Below the pieces are notes generated by a model. That model was given only the letters and a program-made list of their open reading frames with translations, was not told the DNA's origin and did no database searches. 64,000 bases of DNA, taken from assembly GCA_965216755.1 (NCBI GenBank), contig CBDCGL010000011.1, forward strand, positions 4,608,001 through 4,672,000, in the 5' to 3' direction. Shown piece by piece: positions 60,137 to 64,000 of the stretch (position 1 is its first letter; each line of letters starts with the position of its first letter). This DNA comes from Alphaproteobacteria bacterium. Its GTDB lineage: Bacteria > Pseudomonadota > Alphaproteobacteria > UBA7887. A program made the translations under genes and the position numbers.

Positions 60137-60591
60137 GGCCAGGCTTCCATCGCGGCGCGTTTGATCGCTTTTTTGATACGAACGGAGGCCATGCAGCGGC
60201 ATGTATTGCCCTGCATGGCATCAACGATTTCATCATCCGACGGTGACGGAACTTCGTTGAGCAGAGCCGCGGCCTGCATGATCTGCCCAGACTGACAGCA
60301 GCCGCACTGCGGAACTTGCTCGGCCACCCACGCTTTCTGAACCGGATGCTGACCCTTGGGGTCGAGGCTTTCAATGGTCGTAATACGCGTGCCGACCGCG
60401 TCCGCCAAATCCACCTGGCAAGAACGTACGGCTTGCCCGTCAATGTGAACAGTGCAAGCGCCACGCAGTCCGGCTCCACACCCGAACTTCGTGCCTGTTA
60501 GGCGAAGCGTCTCGCGAATAAGCCACAGAAGCCGGGTATCATCTGGCGCATCCACGACATGTTGAACGCCGTTTATCGTGAGAAGTGCAAT
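60133..60591 (-). pseudogene. IorA-like (2Fe-2S) small subunit, probably degenerate
   Basis: KFGCGAGLRGACTV (ligand Cys replaced by Arg), QCGCCQSG, CRC. GGAGG RBS is followed by ATT instead of ATG. Confidence 0.75.
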
Positions 60592-60822
60592 TTTTCCTCC
60601 ACTGAGTGAGTCGATGGTCTGTGTGCCCTCTCGAAAACCGAACGGAAAAGCATCCATGCGCCTGCCACGGGCGCAAATCTTCGGATTTTGGCCGCGAACT
60701 TAGATCAATTGAGATGCCCCAGCAAGCGCGCCCGTGGACGATAAGGGCCTGCAATCAATAAGGTTTTGGCCTTCGCGAGGCCCAGCCGTCAGGTGGCCAA
60801 GCGTCAGGTGGTGGCGCCTGTT

Positions 60823-61593
60823 TCAGACGCAACGCCCGCCGTCGATTTCCAACATAACGCCGGTAACCAGCGCGGCTTCGTCCGACGCCAAATATACGGC
60901 CGCAGCGGCGATGTCCTCAGGCGTGCTCAATCGTCCCAAAGGAACTGTGGCAACAAATCGCTTCCGCGCTTCATCTGGGTCGCCGTCACCTAGGAAATAG
61001 TCGGATAACATCGCCGTGTCACCGGCGACAGGGCAAATCCCGTTGACGCGGATTTTGTGCTCTGCTACTTCCAGCGCCAGCGCCTTGGACATGGGTACCA
61101 ACGCGCCCTTTGTGGCGTTGTACGCCGCCAGATAGGGTCTCGGGCGAATTGCTGCCGTCGAGACGATATTGACAATGGCACCGCCGCGCCCTTGTTTGAT
61201 CATGACAGGCACGGCATGGCGCGCGCCCAAATAAACGCTGCGCACATTAATCCTGAACAATTCGTCAAAGATGTCTTCTGGCGTATCAACCAGCGCTTGC
61301 GGCCTCTGGCCGATTGCCGCGTTTTGAACCAACACATCCAGGCCGCCGTAGCGTTCGATGGTGGCTTTGATCATGGCCGCAGTCGAATCGGAATCAGAAA
61401 CGTCACATTGGACGGCAAAGCTTGCACCGCCGGCACTGGTAATTGAATCCGCCGTATCCTGAGCGGTGTTGAGATTGATATCCGTGGCGACGACTTGGGC
61501 GCCTTCTTCGGCAAACCGCGTTGCAATCCCCCGGCCAAATCCCGAGCCTGCGCCGGTGACGATGGCGATTTTGTTCTTGAGCCTCATAGACAT
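60823..61593 (-). CDS. Short-chain dehydrogenase/reductase
   Basis: [17 protein letters not shown]. Confidence 0.92.
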   Translation of the reverse strand: MSMRLKNKIAIVTGAGSGFGRGIATRFAEEGAQVVATDINLNTAQDTADSITSAGGASFAVQCDVSDSDSTAAMIKATIERYGGLDVLVQNAAIGQRPQALVDTPEDIFDELFRINVRSVYLGARHAVPVMIKQGRGGAIVNIVSTAAIRPRPYLAAYNATKGALVPMSKALALEVAEHKIRVNGICPVAGDTAMLSDYFLGDGDPDEARKRFVATVPLGRLSTPEDIAAAAVYLASDEAALVTGVMLEIDGGRCV

Positions 61594-61753
61594 TTGTCTC
61601 CCCTGCGATGGTTTGTCAGTGTCGTGTTAAGAAATGCCAATAGCGCAATGGTGTATGCCCAATTTCGCAATTTGTGAATGGGTTTGACACGGCATTAAGC
61701 TGCGACTTGTCTCGCACAATTCGACGGAGTGGGCCTGGTCCCAAGGAGCTCTT

Positions 61754-62812
61754 ATGCAAGTCGGGTTTCGCCGAGCTGAGGATGTGGTCGTGTTACCTTG
61801 GGCAGCGCTCCGTCGCTATCTCGCTGCAGAGGGATTTGTCATGTCCGATGCGGAGCCGCGGCAGTTCGCGGGCGGTATGGGCAATCTCAACTATTTGATC
61901 GAAATCGACGGCAATCCCCACGTATTGCGACGTCCACCACTGGGGCCGATTCCACCCGGTGCCAATGACATGCGGCGAGAACATCGCGTGCTTAGGCGCC
62001 TGTGGCGGGTTTTCGCTTTGGCGCCGCGCAGCGTCGTGTTCTGCGCGGACGAACAGGTCATTGGTGCGCCGTTCTTGATCATGGAATATCGCGACGGCGT
62101 TGCAATCAGCGGCGCGCAGTTGCCGCACTCACTGGACGACCCGGCTTCGGCACGCGCGCTCACCGAAATGCTGATACGCATTCTCGCCGACCTGCACGCT
62201 GTTGCGCCTGAAGAGCTCGGCTTGGCCGACTTCGGCCGTCCCGACGGTTTTTTGCAGCGCGCGGTCGAAGGTTGGACAAAGCGGGCTTTGCTGGCGACCG
62301 ATAACGCGCCGCCGCCTGCGGTCGGCCCAGTGCGTGATTGGCTGCGCGCCCAATACCCACCACGAGTCACACCGACGTTGCTGCACAATGACTTCAAATT
62401 GGACAATGTGTTGATGGCGCGAGACGACTTGACCACGCCGGTGGCAGTGATCGACTGGGACCAGGCGACGCGCGGCGATCCCTTGTTCGATCTGGCAACT
62501 TTGTTGAGCTATTGGACGGAGACCACCGATCCAGACGCTATGCGCCAACTGAGACAGATGCCGACCGCCAGACCCGGAGCGTTATCCCGTCGCGATGCCA
62601 TGGAACTTTACACTGAACTGACCGGCCGCGATTTGAGCGCGTTCAAGTTCCACCGCGTGCTTGCGATGTATAAGTTGGGCATCGTTTTCATCCAACTTCA
62701 CGCACAATATCGTCGTGGCACGGTCGCCGACGATCGCTACGAACCATTCGGACGCATCGGCAGTGGGATCATCGATTTTGCTCACGAGGTCGTCTTGGAT
62801 CGGCTCGCCTGA
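61754..62812 (+). CDS. APH/choline-kinase-like phosphotransferase (ACAD10/11 N-terminal-like)
   Basis: VLRRPP, DMRRE, HNDFKLDN, IDWD, GDPLFDL. Confidence 0.9.
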   Translation: MQVGFRRAEDVVVLPWAALRRYLAAEGFVMSDAEPRQFAGGMGNLNYLIEIDGNPHVLRRPPLGPIPPGANDMRREHRVLRRLWRVFALAPRSVVFCADEQVIGAPFLIMEYRDGVAISGAQLPHSLDDPASARALTEMLIRILADLHAVAPEELGLADFGRPDGFLQRAVEGWTKRALLATDNAPPPAVGPVRDWLRAQYPPRVTPTLLHNDFKLDNVLMARDDLTTPVAVIDWDQATRGDPLFDLATLLSYWTETTDPDAMRQLRQMPTARPGALSRRDAMELYTELTGRDLSAFKFHRVLAMYKLGIVFIQLHAQYRRGTVADDRYEPFGRIGSGIIDFAHEVVLDRLA

Positions 62813-62859
62813 AACCTGCGGCTCGGTGCAAGAGTCTGCATGAAGAAGGAAAAGGAAAG

Positions 62860-63936
62860 ATGACAATGCGTGTTTCCGCTGACGCCTTGGCAAACATCGT
62901 GAGCACTATTTTCAGGGCCGCGGGCAGCCATGACACTGAGGCTGCGGCAATTGGTCGCCATTTGGTCGAGGCCAATTTGGTGGGCCATGACAGTCATGGC
63001 GTGATCCGCGTGCCTTCTTATGTCGAGTGGGTGAGGGCCGGGAAGATGTCGGCTAACCAATCGATCACCGTGGCTTTCGAAACCGACAGCATGGCCGTCG
63101 TCGATGGTAATTTCGGCTTTGGCCAAATTATCGGTGAACAAGCTGTCGACCTGGGCATCGAAAAATGCCACGCCAGCGGAATTTCAATTGTCGGACTGCG
63201 CAATAGCGGCCATGTCGGCCGGCTCGGGGATTGGGCTGTTCGCGCGGCCGATGCGGGTTTCCTTTCCATGCATTTTGTCAATACCAGCGGCGGTGGGATT
63301 TTGGTTGCACCGTTTGGTGGTACGGACCGGCGCCTGTCCGCGAACCCACTGGCGGTCGGCGTTCCCGTCGCGGGTCGATCTCCGATCATTCTCGACATGT
63401 CGACTTGTGTGATTGCGGAAGGAAAGATCCGGGTCGCCAAAAACAGGGGAGTCGATGTTCCCGAAAACGCGATTGTTGATAGCCAAGGCCAGCCGACCAC
63501 AAGCCCCGACGTCTTTTATGGTGACCCGCCCGGCGCAATTCTGACGATCGCGCAGCATAAGGGCTATGGCCTGTCGGTCATTTGCGAGGTTTTGGCTGGT
63601 GCGCTGACCGGTAGCGGCTGCAGCAACCCGGACAATCCGACCGCCAAGAAGATCGTCAACGGGATGCTTTCAATCTACATCGATCCCGAACGCATGGCCG
63701 GCAACGCATTTGGCGGCGAGATTGACCGGCTGATCAAATGGGTCAAGGCATCGCCGACCGCGACGTCGGACGGCGAGATTCTCATGCCCGGCGATCCCGA
63801 GGAACGAACCAAGGCGGAGCGGCGTACAAAGGGCATTCCGTTGGACGATGCTACGTGGACGCAACTGTTGGGGGCGGCCGACCAGGCCGGCGTCGGCCCA
63901 GAAGAAATAGAGTCGATCATTGCCCATGGCGCATGA
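62860..63936 (+). CDS. Ldh_2-family (malate/lactate/ureidoglycolate) dehydrogenase
   Basis: GHDSHG, HVGRLG, NPLA, HKGYGL, MPGDPE. Confidence 0.92.
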   Translation: MTMRVSADALANIVSTIFRAAGSHDTEAAAIGRHLVEANLVGHDSHGVIRVPSYVEWVRAGKMSANQSITVAFETDSMAVVDGNFGFGQIIGEQAVDLGIEKCHASGISIVGLRNSGHVGRLGDWAVRAADAGFLSMHFVNTSGGGILVAPFGGTDRRLSANPLAVGVPVAGRSPIILDMSTCVIAEGKIRVAKNRGVDVPENAIVDSQGQPTTSPDVFYGDPPGAILTIAQHKGYGLSVICEVLAGALTGSGCSNPDNPTAKKIVNGMLSIYIDPERMAGNAFGGEIDRLIKWVKASPTATSDGEILMPGDPEERTKAERRTKGIPLDDATWTQLLGAADQAGVGPEEIESIIAHGA

Positions 63937-64000
63937 TCGGTTTGGCCCCAAAGATTGGTGAAAACCGTGTGGTAAGATAGCTGTTTGTAACTCGATCGAA

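Noticed and set aside
1-64000. tRNA, rRNA, IS elements or prophage genes
   Set aside because: None recognised on inspection. No transposase, integrase or phage structural motifs among the ORFs.

Overview
GC-rich chromosomal window, probably from an alphaproteobacterium (inferred from gene content and protein style). Most of it encodes catabolic enzymes: a DddD-like double CoA-transferase, fhs, an N-carbamoylsarcosine amidase with hydantoinase A/B, an Urt/Fmd-like amide ABC importer with an amidase, a GldA/F/G-like ABC system with DUF4340, a three-subunit (split-beta) cobalt nitrile/thiocyanate hydrolase next to a haloalkane dehalogenase, beta-oxidation genes, and a decayed IorA/IorB molybdoenzyme. 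The most unusual region is 2441-7118 on the minus strand. A near-consensus sigma70 promoter precedes a Pro-rich 446-aa protein whose C-terminus resembles the colicin M catalytic domain. It is followed by a three-fold tandem array (~1106-bp period) of two alternating membrane-anchored, Cys-containing paralogs with hypervariable centres and homogenised junctions. This is a candidate new toxin / poly-immunity system. I also found an unlisted 51-aa zinc-finger ORF, an MCP remnant and a possible sRNA. I saw no rRNA, tRNA, CRISPR array or transposase. All family assignments come from motifs recognised by eye; no database search was run.
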